In this document: in pieces, positions 29,469 to 40,187 of the stretch
Layout of the letters: each line of letters opens with the position of its first letter
How positions within the stretch are numbered: the first letter of the stretch is position 1
Origin: Patescibacteria group bacterium
GTDB taxonomy: Bacteria > Patescibacteriota > JAHJAL01
Length of the DNA stretch: 64,000 nucleotides
Reading direction: 5' to 3'
Assembly: GCA_041648895.1 (NCBI GenBank)
Contig: JBAZOB010000001.1
Location: 15,093 to 79,092, forward strand
The notes under the pieces: model-generated
Seen by the model: only the letters and a program-made list of their open reading frames with translations
Databases searched by the model: none
Told to the model about the DNA's origin: nothing
Made by a program: the position numbers and the translations under genes

Positions 29469-31196
29469 GTGAACGAAATTGAAGATATAAAAAGTCGGAT
29501 CGATATTGTCGAATTGGCCAAAGAGTACATGACACTCCGGCCGGCGGGGCGCAATATGAAGGCGATTTGTCCGTTGCATAGCGAGAAGACGCCTTCGCTG
29601 ATGATTGCCAAAGATAAACAGATCTGGCGGTGTTTTGGTTGTGGCGAAGGCGGCGATATTTTCACCATGGTGCAAAAAATGGAAGGGGTGGATTTTTATG
29701 AAGCGCTAAAAATACTGGCTGAAAAGGTGGGAGTGGAGTTAAAAAAAGATCCGGGATTTATTAAATACAAGCAGCAAGAGCAGGTCATGGCCGATATCAA
29801 CGCGGTGGCGATGGAATTTTATCATCAGGCTTTTTTGCGGAGCAAATCGGGTCAAGTGGCTCGAGATTATATTGCTGGGAGAGGTTTAGACCAGCCGACG
29901 GTGGCTAAATTTAAAATTGGTTTCGCGCCTAATCTTTGGGAGGCTTTGACATCATTTTTGGCAAAGAGAAAGTATTCATTGGACCAGATTGTTAAAGTTG
30001 GGCTGGGTTCGTATACCAAAAAAAGAACCGTGGTGGACCGGTTTCGGGGGCGGGTGATGTTTCCGATCTGGAATGAGCGAGGGCGGGTGGTGGGGTTTAC
30101 GGGTCGGGTGTTGGACGAAAAAGATAATCCTAAATATTTGAATACGGCGGCGACCAGTTTGTTTGACAAGAGTCGATTGTGGTATGCCATGAATCTGGCC
30201 AAGAATAAAATCCGGGAAAAAAGGGAAGCGATAATTTGTGAGGGGCAAATGGATGTGATCACTTGTCATCAATTTGGCTTTGACTGGGCGGTATGCAGTT
30301 CGGGTACGGCCGTCTCCAATTATCAAATGCGGCAAATCAAGCGCTTGGCGGATACAATTTTATTGGCTTTTGATAACGATGAAGCCGGGCGTAAATCAGG
30401 TTATCGTTTGACGGAGATGGCTTTGGAAGAGGGATTGATGGTCAAAGTGATTGATATGGGCAAATATAAAGATCCGGACGAGTTTATTCGGGCTGATTTA
30501 TCTGGTTGGCAGCAGTCAATGACCGGGGCGTTGGGTTTTGTGGAGTATTTTTTGCAGGCTTTTGGCCATAATTTACAGAACGCTAAAGATAAAAGCCAGC
30601 TAGCCGATAATATTATTCCTTTGATTTATCGAGTCAAAGATGAAATTGGACGGGGACATTATATTTCGGAGTTGGCGGAACGTTTGAGTGTGGATGAACA
30701 GTTTGTGTTGCAGAAATATAATTCTTATCAACCGCGAGCGGCGGCCGGCCAGCAAAAAGAAGCTGGTCCGGTTAAAAAGATAACTTATGAGGAACGGTTG
30801 GTGGCGTTGCTGATATTGTTGGCTGATATGTTTGGCGAGGTGAAGTTTGATTTGCAGGACGAAATATTGTCTGATAAAATGATAAAGATAATGCAAGTAT
30901 TGAAAAAGAATGCTAATCAGAAATTTACCTGGGATTGGTTTCGAGATTTGTCGGGAGAAGATTTGAGTCGATGGCAGCAGCTGGTGATGACGGTGGAAAA
31001 GGATTATGACCAGGTTGACAAGGAGATGCTTTTGACAGAGATAGGGATGTTGGCGGATCGGATAAAAGAGGCCAATAAAGATGAACAGAAAGGTAATCTG
31101 GAGCAGGCAATTGTTGAGGCCGAATCAAGTGGTGACCGGGAGAAGGTAAAAGACTATATTAGGAGGTTGCAGGACTTGATTATTAACGATAAGTAG
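29469..31196 (+). CDS. dnaG: DNA primase
   Basis: CPLHSEKTPS, CFGCG zinc finger, DRFRGRVMFPI, PKYLN, EGQMD, FDND, KDPDE. Confidence 0.97.
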   Translation: MNEIEDIKSRIDIVELAKEYMTLRPAGRNMKAICPLHSEKTPSLMIAKDKQIWRCFGCGEGGDIFTMVQKMEGVDFYEALKILAEKVGVELKKDPGFIKYKQQEQVMADINAVAMEFYHQAFLRSKSGQVARDYIAGRGLDQPTVAKFKIGFAPNLWEALTSFLAKRKYSLDQIVKVGLGSYTKKRTVVDRFRGRVMFPIWNERGRVVGFTGRVLDEKDNPKYLNTAATSLFDKSRLWYAMNLAKNKIREKREAIICEGQMDVITCHQFGFDWAVCSSGTAVSNYQMRQIKRLADTILLAFDNDEAGRKSGYRLTEMALEEGLMVKVIDMGKYKDPDEFIRADLSGWQQSMTGALGFVEYFLQAFGHNLQNAKDKSQLADNIIPLIYRVKDEIGRGHYISELAERLSVDEQFVLQKYNSYQPRAAAGQQKEAGPVKKITYEERLVALLILLADMFGEVKFDLQDEILSDKMIKIMQVLKKNANQKFTWDWFRDLSGEDLSRWQQLVMTVEKDYDQVDKEMLLTEIGMLADRIKEANKDEQKGNLEQAIVEAESSGDREKVKDYIRRLQDLIINDK

Positions 31197-31257
31197 GAAT
31201 ATTTTTTAAAAACCTTTGGTATGACAAGGGTTTGTTGTTGTTTGTATAATAATTTTT

Positions 31258-32673
31258 ATGAAAAAAGCGTCTAAAAAAAGTTTGACCAAAAAGTTGAAAA
31301 AGAAAAAAAACCAGCCGAAATTGAAAAAAAAGCCGGTAGGCAAGAAAGCTAGATTGAAAGTTAAAACCAAGAAGAAAATAGTTAAAAAAATAGTTAAGAA
31401 GAAAATTGTTAAAAAGCCGCCAAAGCCGGTGATAGTTAAGAAAAAGCCTTTGGTGAAGCCAGCCAGTAAAGCAATTACCAAAGTGGAAGAGACGCCGGTC
31501 AAAAAAAGATCAAGAGCCAAAAAGAAAGTGGGGTTGTCTAAAGACGAGATTTTGGCCAAGATAACCACGGAAATTTATGGTGACAATGTCGATAAAGTTA
31601 GTGAACTGGTGAGCAAAGGGCGGGAGCAGGGATTTATCACGCAGCGGGAAATCATGCAAACCCTGCCGACGATTGAAGATGATATTGAGCTGCTGGATGA
31701 ATTTTATTCTTTGCTCTCGGAAGCGGGTATTGAAATGATGGAGAGTGAGGAAAAGTTGAAAGATGTGGTGGCGCCCTCGGAAATGGAATTATTACAGTCG
31801 GCGGCGGAATATGAGGCGGAAGTGAAGGAAGAAGCTTTGCAGGATGTTTCTCGTGATTCGGTCCGATTATATTTGCGCGAGATTGGTCGGGTAGCTCTGC
31901 TGAAACCTCACGAAGAGGTGGAATTGGCTAAACGGATGGAAAAGGGTGACCAATTGGCTAAACAGAAATTGATTGAAGCCAATTTACGTCTGGTGGTCAG
32001 TATTGCCAAACGTTATGTGGGGCGGGGGTTGAGTTTACTCGATCTGATCCAAGAAGGTAATACTGGTTTATTACGAGCCGTAGAGAAGTTTGATTACCGT
32101 AAAGGGTACAAATTTTCGACCTATGGTACGTGGTGGATCAGACAAGCGATTACGCGGGCGATTGCTGACCAAGCGCGGACCATTCGGATTCCGGTACATA
32201 TGGTGGAGACGATCAATAAACTAACTCGGGTGCAACGGCATTTGGTACAGGCCTTGGGACGCGAGCCGTTGCCGGAAGAAATCGCGGCCGAGATGGGGAT
32301 TGAGCTGGACAAGGTCCGCTATGTCCTGAAAATTTCGCAAGAAACTGTTTCATTGGAAGCGCCGGTGGGCGAAGAAGAAGACAGTTATTTGGGTGATTTT
32401 TTGGAGGACAAGGTAACTCTATCACCCAAGGATTCGGCGACGGTTCAGTTGTTGAAAGATCATCTGGCTAAGGTTTTGGAATTATTGTCCCCGCGGGAAA
32501 AACGTATTTTGGAGATGCGGTTTGGTTTGGTGGACGGGACGACTCGCACTTTGGAAGAGGTGGGGAAGGAGTTTGGGGTGACGCGTGAACGTATCCGTCA
32601 AATTGAAGCCAAGGCCTTGATGCGACTGCGCCGCAATCGGGAAAGTCGGCAGTTGCTTGATTATTTGAGATAA
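31258..32673 (+). CDS. rpoD: RNA polymerase primary sigma factor with Lys-rich N-terminus
   Basis: [59 protein letters not shown]. Confidence 0.97.
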   Translation: MKKASKKSLTKKLKKKKNQPKLKKKPVGKKARLKVKTKKKIVKKIVKKKIVKKPPKPVIVKKKPLVKPASKAITKVEETPVKKRSRAKKKVGLSKDEILAKITTEIYGDNVDKVSELVSKGREQGFITQREIMQTLPTIEDDIELLDEFYSLLSEAGIEMMESEEKLKDVVAPSEMELLQSAAEYEAEVKEEALQDVSRDSVRLYLREIGRVALLKPHEEVELAKRMEKGDQLAKQKLIEANLRLVVSIAKRYVGRGLSLLDLIQEGNTGLLRAVEKFDYRKGYKFSTYGTWWIRQAITRAIADQARTIRIPVHMVETINKLTRVQRHLVQALGREPLPEEIAAEMGIELDKVRYVLKISQETVSLEAPVGEEEDSYLGDFLEDKVTLSPKDSATVQLLKDHLAKVLELLSPREKRILEMRFGLVDGTTRTLEEVGKEFGVTRERIRQIEAKALMRLRRNRESRQLLDYLR

Positions 32674-32868
32674 TTACGAATTAGGAATTAGGAAGGACGA
32701 ATTGGATTGGTCATACATCATTTTTTTAATTAATGGCAGCGAAGGTTTGGTCGGTGTTGTGTTATGGTGGAACTGTATAATAATAGTTAGTTTTATGGCT
32801 AGCCATATAATAAAAAAAATGATGTATGACCAATCCAATTCGTCCTTCCTAATTCGTAATTCGTAATT
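32672..32868. repeat. Long hairpin element, copy 2 (~60-bp arms)
   Basis: Near-perfect inverted arms; loop homologous to that of 23584-23816. Confidence 0.9.
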
Positions 32869-32870
32869 TT

Positions 32871-34097
32871 ATGTTTGGTTTTTCCAATATTTTTCGTCGG
32901 ATTAAAAGTAGTAATAAATCAGCCAGATTATTGTATCTGGCTGTTTTAATGTTGTTTTTCTTTTGTTTATTCGATGGTTTGCTAACCAATTTGATGCCAC
33001 TTTTAATGACTCAAAATGGCATATCGGAAACATTGATGGGGACGATTATTGGTTTTTCAGCGATGTTTGGTCTGTTTTTTGATTTTTGGTTGTGTCGGCT
33101 TTTGAAAAATGTGCATTATCGACGAATATATTTGTTGATGTTTTTGATCGCGGCCGTGTTTTTATTGTTGTTGTGGCAAGCAGAAACGGTTACGGTTTTT
33201 TTGCTGGGGATGGCTTTGTGGGGTTTATATTATGATTTGTTTAGCATTGCCAATATTGATCTGGTGACCGACACTACTACTAAAAGTGATTATTCATCTG
33301 GGTTCGGCTGGCTGCGGGTTTTTGTGGGGTTGGGATATTTGGTGGCGACGGTGGTGGCGGGTTTTTTTATGTCTCAGCGGGTGGGAGCGAGTTTTTTTGT
33401 GACAACGGGTATGGTTTGGATTTTGGCCATGATTGTTTGGGTGGTTTTAAATTTGGCTGGCAATGAGCACAAGCCGATTTCCATGGTTGAGAAAAAAATT
33501 GGTTTGGGGCGAGAGCTTGGGCTTTGGTCCAGGATCGGCCGGCGAATTTTCCCCGTCTTATTGATTACTTTTTTAATCAATGTGATTGATGCTTTTTTCT
33601 GGGTGGTGGGGCCGTTGTTGGTGCATGATTTGCTGCGTGAACACAGTTGGGGGGCGTGGTTTATTACTTTATATTTATTGCCACTTTTGATTACTGGTTG
33701 GTTGGTGGGTCGGGTGAGTGCCAGGTTGGGCAAAAAAAAGACGGCGCTGGTGGCTTTGGGGTTGGGTTTTGTGGTGCTCGGTTTATTTGTTTATTTTGAT
33801 CAGTCAGGGTGGCTGCTGGTGTTAAGTTTCTTATCTTCCTTTTTTATTTCTTTTGCCTGGCCGGCGGTGACGGGGGCCTATGCGGACTATGTTCAGGAAA
33901 ATCCGGCATTGGCCAGGGAGATTGAGACCTTGCAAGATTCTTTTACCAATCTTGGTTTTGTGGTGGGACCGGTGCTGGCTGGCTGGTTGGCTGAATCCTA
34001 TGGTCATGTCTGGAGTTTTTCGGTATTGGGTTGGATGGGATTGGTGATGGTGACGGTTTTGTGGCTGGCGATGCCGCGGCGAATTAGTTTGTCATGA
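32871..34097 (+). CDS. MFS transporter
   Basis: About 12 hydrophobic segments; GRVSARLGKK, GFVVGPVLAG. Confidence 0.85.
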   Translation: MFGFSNIFRRIKSSNKSARLLYLAVLMLFFFCLFDGLLTNLMPLLMTQNGISETLMGTIIGFSAMFGLFFDFWLCRLLKNVHYRRIYLLMFLIAAVFLLLLWQAETVTVFLLGMALWGLYYDLFSIANIDLVTDTTTKSDYSSGFGWLRVFVGLGYLVATVVAGFFMSQRVGASFFVTTGMVWILAMIVWVVLNLAGNEHKPISMVEKKIGLGRELGLWSRIGRRIFPVLLITFLINVIDAFFWVVGPLLVHDLLREHSWGAWFITLYLLPLLITGWLVGRVSARLGKKKTALVALGLGFVVLGLFVYFDQSGWLLVLSFLSSFFISFAWPAVTGAYADYVQENPALAREIETLQDSFTNLGFVVGPVLAGWLAESYGHVWSFSVLGWMGLVMVTVLWLAMPRRISLS

Positions 34098-34209
34098 TGG
34101 GGGATAATTTTCGTGACTGATGGTTTGAATTGTCATTTGGTTTGATGTAATATTTGATTTGTAGGAAAATTTAATGACCCGTTATTGCCAAGGCTAAAAA
34201 CGGGCGCGG

Positions 34210-34283
34210 TCCGGAGTAGCTCAGCTGGTTAGAGCGACTGACTGTTAATCAGTAGGTCGTGGGTTCGAGTCCCACCTCCGGAG
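34210..34283 (+). tRNA. tRNA-Asn(GTT); integration site
   Basis: TCCGGAG/CTCCGGA acceptor stem, anticodon loop CTGTTAA, GGTTCGAGTCC. Confidence 0.96.
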
Positions 34284-35768
34284 TTTGTAAGAACACTCTT
34301 TAGCCTGCAGAAGAAGGTCGAAGGGTGTTTTTAGTTTGTAGATTATGTTTTCGTCTTTCAGTTGTAAGTTCGAAAATACGAATTTGAGTAATTGCCGTTT
34401 TTTGTCTATTTCCGAACTTTTGGCAAAAATTTGAGGAGCTTTGGAACAGACATTTAGTAGAAAGGTAACTGATTTTACGAATTTTTCATCAGCCTCAGTA
34501 TGATCTTTCATAGACTGAGTAATTTCATATTGTCTATTTTTTAAATCTTTGGCTTTTTTGTCATATTCATCTTGAGTAATACTCCTATTAATACAGAGGT
34601 CCAAGAGTGTATCAAGAGAGGTTTGAATTTTGGTGTATTCGGTTTGAAGTTCGGTAATACTATTTTTATGGTATTCAATTTTGGCTTGGTGAGTTTGGTT
34701 AACTTGATTAATTAGATCGGCGAGGATATCGTCCGGAATAACTAATAAATCGAGTATTTTATTGATTTGTTTTAATAATTGCTTTTCTTCCATTCTTTTG
34801 GCTCCGTGTTTGCCTTTTGATTCGGTACATTTGAGATAGATATATTTATTTTTCTTTTTGTCTGATGAGATAGCACATCCACAATCAGCACATTCAATCA
34901 TTCCTCGACCTAAAACTGAAGCATGGATAGTGGACCATTTGAAGGGTTTTTTGTGATAACCTTGGATAACATCCTGACAGCGATCAAATAATTCTTTAGT
35001 AATTAGATTACCGTGATTGTGCGGTGCTATATTTTCTTTAACTTTCATCATTCCGTAATAAAACGGATTGGTAATGACATGGTTTAACCGACTGTGGGAT
35101 AAATAATTATAGGGAGGTTTGTTGTTGGTAAGACCTTTCTTTTTCATTAAATTTGCTAATCCGCGGATGGAATAACTGCCGGTAGCATATAGGTTGAATA
35201 TTTCTTGGACCAAATACGCTCTTTGTTTGTCTATAATAATAATTTTTCTTTTTGTGATTGGGTCTTCTTCATTTAGATAACCAATTGGTGCTTTAGTTAG
35301 CCATTCGCCACGTTTGATTTTTCCTTCGAATGCGCGTTTGACGTTGTCGCTTATTGCATCGGAATAGTATTTGGCTAGTCCAAGATTCATGGCGAAATGA
35401 AATTTTTCAACGGCGGATATATTGGAATTAATAACAAGGTTATCTGAAACAAAGTGCATTTCAATTTTATCCAACATTGTCATCTCGTACAGGTTGGATA
35501 TTCTTTTATCAAAAACATTTCGGGAAAATCTATCAACTTTATCAAAACAAATTACTAATTTTTCTTTTGATTTTTTGATGTAATCAATCATTTTGTCAAA
35601 ATCATCTCTTTTGTTTCGATATGCTCCTTCGTCAAAACTGTATTGTTTAACGATGGGGAGGTCTTTTTTTTGACAATATTTAATCATCCGATCAGTTTGA
35701 GCTGGTAGGGAATTACCAGCGTCTTTTTGCTCTTCGGTTGATACTCTGGCTAATATTATGGCTTTCAT
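34245..35768 (-). CDS. Large serine recombinase (resolvase + recombinase + zinc ribbon + coiled coil)
   Basis: ARVSTEEQ catalytic Ser, DKVDRFSRN, APIGY, NPFYYG, CADCG...C zinc ribbon; the last residues (RRWDSNPRPTD) are antisense to tRNA-Asn. Confidence 0.95.
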   Translation of the reverse strand: MKAIILARVSTEEQKDAGNSLPAQTDRMIKYCQKKDLPIVKQYSFDEGAYRNKRDDFDKMIDYIKKSKEKLVICFDKVDRFSRNVFDKRISNLYEMTMLDKIEMHFVSDNLVINSNISAVEKFHFAMNLGLAKYYSDAISDNVKRAFEGKIKRGEWLTKAPIGYLNEEDPITKRKIIIIDKQRAYLVQEIFNLYATGSYSIRGLANLMKKKGLTNNKPPYNYLSHSRLNHVITNPFYYGMMKVKENIAPHNHGNLITKELFDRCQDVIQGYHKKPFKWSTIHASVLGRGMIECADCGCAISSDKKKNKYIYLKCTESKGKHGAKRMEEKQLLKQINKILDLLVIPDDILADLINQVNQTHQAKIEYHKNSITELQTEYTKIQTSLDTLLDLCINRSITQDEYDKKAKDLKNRQYEITQSMKDHTEADEKFVKSVTFLLNVCSKAPQIFAKSSEIDKKRQLLKFVFSNLQLKDENIIYKLKTPFDLLLQAKECSYKLRRWDSNPRPTD

Positions 35769-35866
35769 TTGGTAAAAAAGTGATTATTGTTATAAAATTG
35801 AAGTAGTGTTTATAATCTAATGTTATCAAATGTTATCATATTTATCAAAAATGAGATAAAAATATT

Positions 35867-36076
35867 ATGGATAAAAAAATAGACAATGATGTGAATCCGG
35901 AAATGTCAAAATTACTTACTTTGAAGCAGGCTTGTGAGATATTGCAATGTCATCCCAATACTTTGAGGCAGTGGGATAAAAAGGGCATATTGAAAGCGAT
36001 AAGAATTGGTATTAAAAAAGCGAGAAGGTATAGGAGAGAGGATATAGAGGAGTTTATTAATAAGAAGTATGATTAA
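35867..36076 (+). CDS. MerR/excisionase-like HTH protein (candidate directionality factor)
   Basis: LLTLKQACEILQCHPNTLRQWDKKG...RRYRREDI; divergent from the LSR. Confidence 0.85.
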   Translation: MDKKIDNDVNPEMSKLLTLKQACEILQCHPNTLRQWDKKGILKAIRIGIKKARRYRREDIEEFINKKYD

Positions 36077-36130
36077 TTGTTCGATTTTTTAATACTGGTT
36101 TGATATAAATATGTATTAGCTAAAGATGTA

Positions 36131-39100
36131 ATGAATAAAGTATTAGATAACAAAAAATCCAAGGTATCGGATGTATTGCTGGCGGAAATAAAAGATAAAG
36201 CCAAATTATCTGTCATTTCAGCATATTTTACTATCTATGCATTTGAAAAACTGAAGAAATCTTTGTCGAAGATTGATTCTTTGCGATTCCTTTTTGTTGA
36301 GCCAACTTTCACTAAAGAGCAGGAAGAAACACGGGAATTTTATATCGATAAACTTGATCGTGAGAAACAATTGTCCGGAACTCAGTACGAGATCAAATTG
36401 AGAAATGAATTGACTCAGTCAAAAGTGGCCAAAGAGTGTGCTGATTGGATTAGAAGCAAAGTGGATTTTCGATCGTTGAAGAAGTCTGATTTGTCTCGGG
36501 CGAGAGCGATTCATGTACAAAATCCGGATTCGGAATTTATAGTACAAGGAACACTTGATTTTACTTCTTCCGGATTGGGTTTTTCCAATTCAAACAAATT
36601 GGAGATGAATGTTTATTCTGATGATCAGGATGCGACGCGTGAGATGCTCACTTGGTTTGACGAAATTTGGAATGATGAAATGCTAGTGGAAGATGTAAAA
36701 GAGGAGGTACTCAAAAGTATCCAGACGATATATAAAGAAAATACGCCGGAATTCATATATTATGTAACTTTGTATAACTTGTTTAAGGAGTATCTGGATG
36801 AATTGACGGAAGAAAATATCATCAAGGTGAAAACCGGAGTTAAGGATTCAATCATCTGGAAGAAGTTATTCAAATTTCAGAAAGATGGTGTAATGGGAGT
36901 TATTGATAAGTTGGAGAAGCATAACGGTTGTATTCTGGCAGATAGTGTTGGATTGGGTAAGACCTTTGAAGGATTGGCGGTAATAAAATACTATGAATTG
37001 AGAAATTATCGAGTATTGGTCCTTTGTCCGAAGAAGTTACGAGATAACTGGATGATGTATCGGTCAAATGATGTGCGGAATATTTTTGCAGAAGATCGGT
37101 TTGGGTATGATATTTTGAATCATACTGATTTGAGTAGGGAAAAAGGAATGTCCGGGGATATTAATCTGGAGACAATTAATTGGGGTAATTATGATTTGGT
37201 TTTGATTGATGAGTCACATAATTTCAGAAATAATGATTCCTTAAAAAACAAGAAAACAAGATATAGGAAGTTGATGGATGATATTATCCGGACCGGGGTA
37301 AAGACTAAGGTATTGATGTTGTCAGCTACGCCGGTAAATAACAGGATGAATGATTTGAAGAATCAAATTGCTTTTATTACTGAAGGTAATGATGAAGCGT
37401 TGTTGGATGAAGGGGTGAAGAATATAGGTAATACTTTTAGGTTGGCGCAATATCAATTCAATAAGTGGTTAGATCGGCCTCTGAATGACAGGGGGCTGGA
37501 CTCTTTGTTGGCTAGTTTGAATGTTGACTACTTTAAGTTATTAGATGCGTTGACTATAGCTCGATCCCGGAAGCATATCGAAAAATATTATGATTTGTCG
37601 GAAGTGGGCCGTTTTCCTGATCGACTTAAGCCGTTGAATATTAAATCAAAGGTGGATTTGAAAGGTGATTTTCCCAGTTTTGAAGATATAAACGATTCGA
37701 TTAAAAGGTTGTCGATGGCGATATATTCACCTTTGCAGTATGTCAGGTCGGACCGGGTGAAGAAATATCAGAAGAAATATGATCGAGAGGTTAAGGGTGG
37801 ATCTTATTTTCGGCAGACAGATCGAGAGAAAAATATTGTTAATCTAATGCGGGTAAATATTTTGAAGAGATTAGAAAGCTCGATTTTTTCATATAATCTG
37901 ACATTGACTAGACTAGCGGGTAAGATAGAAGAAATATTGCAAATGATTGATGATTTTCATGATTCTGGTAGATATAGTTTGGATTTAGATGATGCACCGG
38001 AGAGTATTGATGGAGATGATGAACAGTTGGAATCAATGACGGTTGGTAACAAGATTAGTGTAGAGTTGGCCGATATGGATCTGATCCGATGGAAAGATGA
38101 TTTGCAGTCTGATTTAACCAGATTGAAAGATTTGATAAGTTTTGCGGAGCCAATTAATACAGATTCTGATGCTAAACTGGCAGATTTGAAGAAAATAATT
38201 GCTGATAAAATTAGCAATCCGATTAATGATAATAATAAGAAGGTGGTGGTTTTCAGTGCTTTTTCTGATACGGCGGAGTATTTGTATAAATACATTTCCG
38301 AATGGTTGGAAAATAAATTTAACCTACATTCAGCTTTGGTAACTGGTGGCACTACTAATAAAACAACTTCTGACGAGATTAAAACTGATTTGAATAGTAT
38401 TTTGACTAATTTTTCGCCGGTATCAAAAGAAAAGGCAAAAGTTTTTCCGGGAGTGAAAGATGAAATTGATGTTTTGATTGCAACGGATTGCGTATCAGAA
38501 GGCCAGAATTTGCAAGATTGTGATTATTTAATAAACTATGACATCCATTGGAATCCGGTGCGGATTATCCAGCGTTTTGGGCGTATTGATCGAATTGGGT
38601 CCGTTAATGAAAAAATTCAACTGGTTAATTTTTGGCCGGATATGGAGCTGGATGAATATATTAATTTGGAACAACGGGTCCGAGGGCGGATGATATTACT
38701 TAATGCCAGCGCGACGGGTGAAGAGGACATTATCAATGAAACTGATAAAGATGTGATGAATGATATCGAGTATCGTAAGAATCAATTGACCAGATTGCAG
38801 GAGGAGGTTTTGGACCTGGAGGATATTTCGGGGAATATTTCGATTACAGATATGACTATGAGTGATTTTAAGATGGATTTGATGGAGTATCTCAAAGATA
38901 ATCGTGAATTATTGGAAAGATCGGCGCTTGGTATGTATGCGATTGTGTCAAAGGATGAGTCTTTGGAAGATTTGTCGTCGGGGGTGATATTTACCTTGCG
39001 ACAGGTGGATTTTTCAGAAGCGAAATCTGGAGAGACAAATGCGATTCATCCATATTATATGGTCTATATTGGTGATAATGGAGAGGTAAAATTGACTTAT

Positions 39101-39385
39101 TTGCAGGCCAAGTATGTGCTGGATATATTCAAAAAACTTTGCAATGGTAATAATCTGGTTCATCGAGATTTGGTAGAATTGTTTGATAAAGAGACTCAAG
39201 AAGCCAAAGACATGTCAAAATATTCAGATTTATTGAGGCAGTCAATTGAGCATATTATCGGAGAGAAGCAAGAAAAAGGGATTGAAGATATTTTCAGCAG
39301 TCTGGGAAAGACAAATATTGCCAAAGATGCCTCGTTGTCGTGGATTGATGATTTTGAGTTGATTTCATTTTTGATTATCAAATAG
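36131..39385 (+). CDS. SNF2-family helicase with N-terminal PLD-like domain
   Basis: SAYFTIYAF, LADSVGLGKT, IDESHNFRN, LSATPVNN, SEGQNLQD, QRFGRIDRIG. Confidence 0.9.
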   Translation: MNKVLDNKKSKVSDVLLAEIKDKAKLSVISAYFTIYAFEKLKKSLSKIDSLRFLFVEPTFTKEQEETREFYIDKLDREKQLSGTQYEIKLRNELTQSKVAKECADWIRSKVDFRSLKKSDLSRARAIHVQNPDSEFIVQGTLDFTSSGLGFSNSNKLEMNVYSDDQDATREMLTWFDEIWNDEMLVEDVKEEVLKSIQTIYKENTPEFIYYVTLYNLFKEYLDELTEENIIKVKTGVKDSIIWKKLFKFQKDGVMGVIDKLEKHNGCILADSVGLGKTFEGLAVIKYYELRNYRVLVLCPKKLRDNWMMYRSNDVRNIFAEDRFGYDILNHTDLSREKGMSGDINLETINWGNYDLVLIDESHNFRNNDSLKNKKTRYRKLMDDIIRTGVKTKVLMLSATPVNNRMNDLKNQIAFITEGNDEALLDEGVKNIGNTFRLAQYQFNKWLDRPLNDRGLDSLLASLNVDYFKLLDALTIARSRKHIEKYYDLSEVGRFPDRLKPLNIKSKVDLKGDFPSFEDINDSIKRLSMAIYSPLQYVRSDRVKKYQKKYDREVKGGSYFRQTDREKNIVNLMRVNILKRLESSIFSYNLTLTRLAGKIEEILQMIDDFHDSGRYSLDLDDAPESIDGDDEQLESMTVGNKISVELADMDLIRWKDDLQSDLTRLKDLISFAEPINTDSDAKLADLKKIIADKISNPINDNNKKVVVFSAFSDTAEYLYKYISEWLENKFNLHSALVTGGTTNKTTSDEIKTDLNSILTNFSPVSKEKAKVFPGVKDEIDVLIATDCVSEGQNLQDCDYLINYDIHWNPVRIIQRFGRIDRIGSVNEKIQLVNFWPDMELDEYINLEQRVRGRMILLNASATGEEDIINETDKDVMNDIEYRKNQLTRLQEEVLDLEDISGNISITDMTMSDFKMDLMEYLKDNRELLERSALGMYAIVSKDESLEDLSSGVIFTLRQVDFSEAKSGETNAIHPYYMVYIGDNGEVKLTYLQAKYVLDIFKKLCNGNNLVHRDLVELFDKETQEAKDMSKYSDLLRQSIEHIIGEKQEKGIEDIFSSLGKTNIAKDASLSWIDDFELISFLIIK

Positions 39386-39386
39386 G

Positions 39387-40163
39387 ATGAAGGAACAAGT
39401 AATACAATTGATGGGATTGAGGCGGGACAAGATTTTGCAGGACAAAAAAATTGCCAAGACCAAGTTTTATGAGCTGGATGATTTTGATAACGGAAAGAAA
39501 AAGATATTTACAGATGAGATTGTAGATATTACTTTGTTGGCGATTCTCAATGAAGAAACGATCAATATTGCATCTTATAAAGATAATGAAGTGAATTATA
39601 GTGAAGTGTATGTTGTCTATGTAGAATTGAAGAAGAATCAAAATATAGGCAAGATTGTTGAGAGTATTCAGAAGAATATTATCAATCCGGTGATTGTGGT
39701 GTTTGGTTGGCAGGATCGCATTTGTTTGGCGACAGCGCGTAAAAGATTGAGTTTGAATGAAAAAGGTAAACAGGTAGTGGAAAGTGAGCAGATGACAGAT
39801 TGGTTGTCTTTGTCGGATCAAACACAGCCGGTGCGGGATTACTTGATGGGACTGGATATTGCCAATTTTTCTTTTCTGAATTTGTATGAGTTTTATCGGG
39901 AATATTCTTTGTATGTTTATCAATCGGTTTTGATGCAATTTGAATCCGGTTTTCATTTCCGCAAGCAGTTGGTGATTGATCAGATCAAGCCGGAGATTGA
40001 GCTATGTGTGGCAAAAAGTGTTGAGGTCAAACGATTGCAGGATGAAGAGAAAATGGCGATCAATTTTGGGGACCGGATTGCGGTTCATCAGAAGTTGATT
40101 GAGGCGCAAAAGGAAGAGGTGGAAGTTAGGGAAAATATTAAGAAAAAATTAATAAATACTTAA
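39387..40163 (+). CDS. DUF4391-like protein
   Basis: Size and position between SNF2 helicase and type III Mod; C-terminal coiled coil. Confidence 0.65.
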   Translation: MKEQVIQLMGLRRDKILQDKKIAKTKFYELDDFDNGKKKIFTDEIVDITLLAILNEETINIASYKDNEVNYSEVYVVYVELKKNQNIGKIVESIQKNIINPVIVVFGWQDRICLATARKRLSLNEKGKQVVESEQMTDWLSLSDQTQPVRDYLMGLDIANFSFLNLYEFYREYSLYVYQSVLMQFESGFHFRKQLVIDQIKPEIELCVAKSVEVKRLQDEEKMAINFGDRIAVHQKLIEAQKEEVEVRENIKKKLINT

Positions 40164-40187
40164 GTTGGATTTGATAAAATTATAACT

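Noticed and set aside
31206-31568. Phe-rich 120-aa minus-strand ORF resembling a membrane protein
   Set aside because: Antisense shadow of the Lys (AAA/AAG) codons of rpoD.
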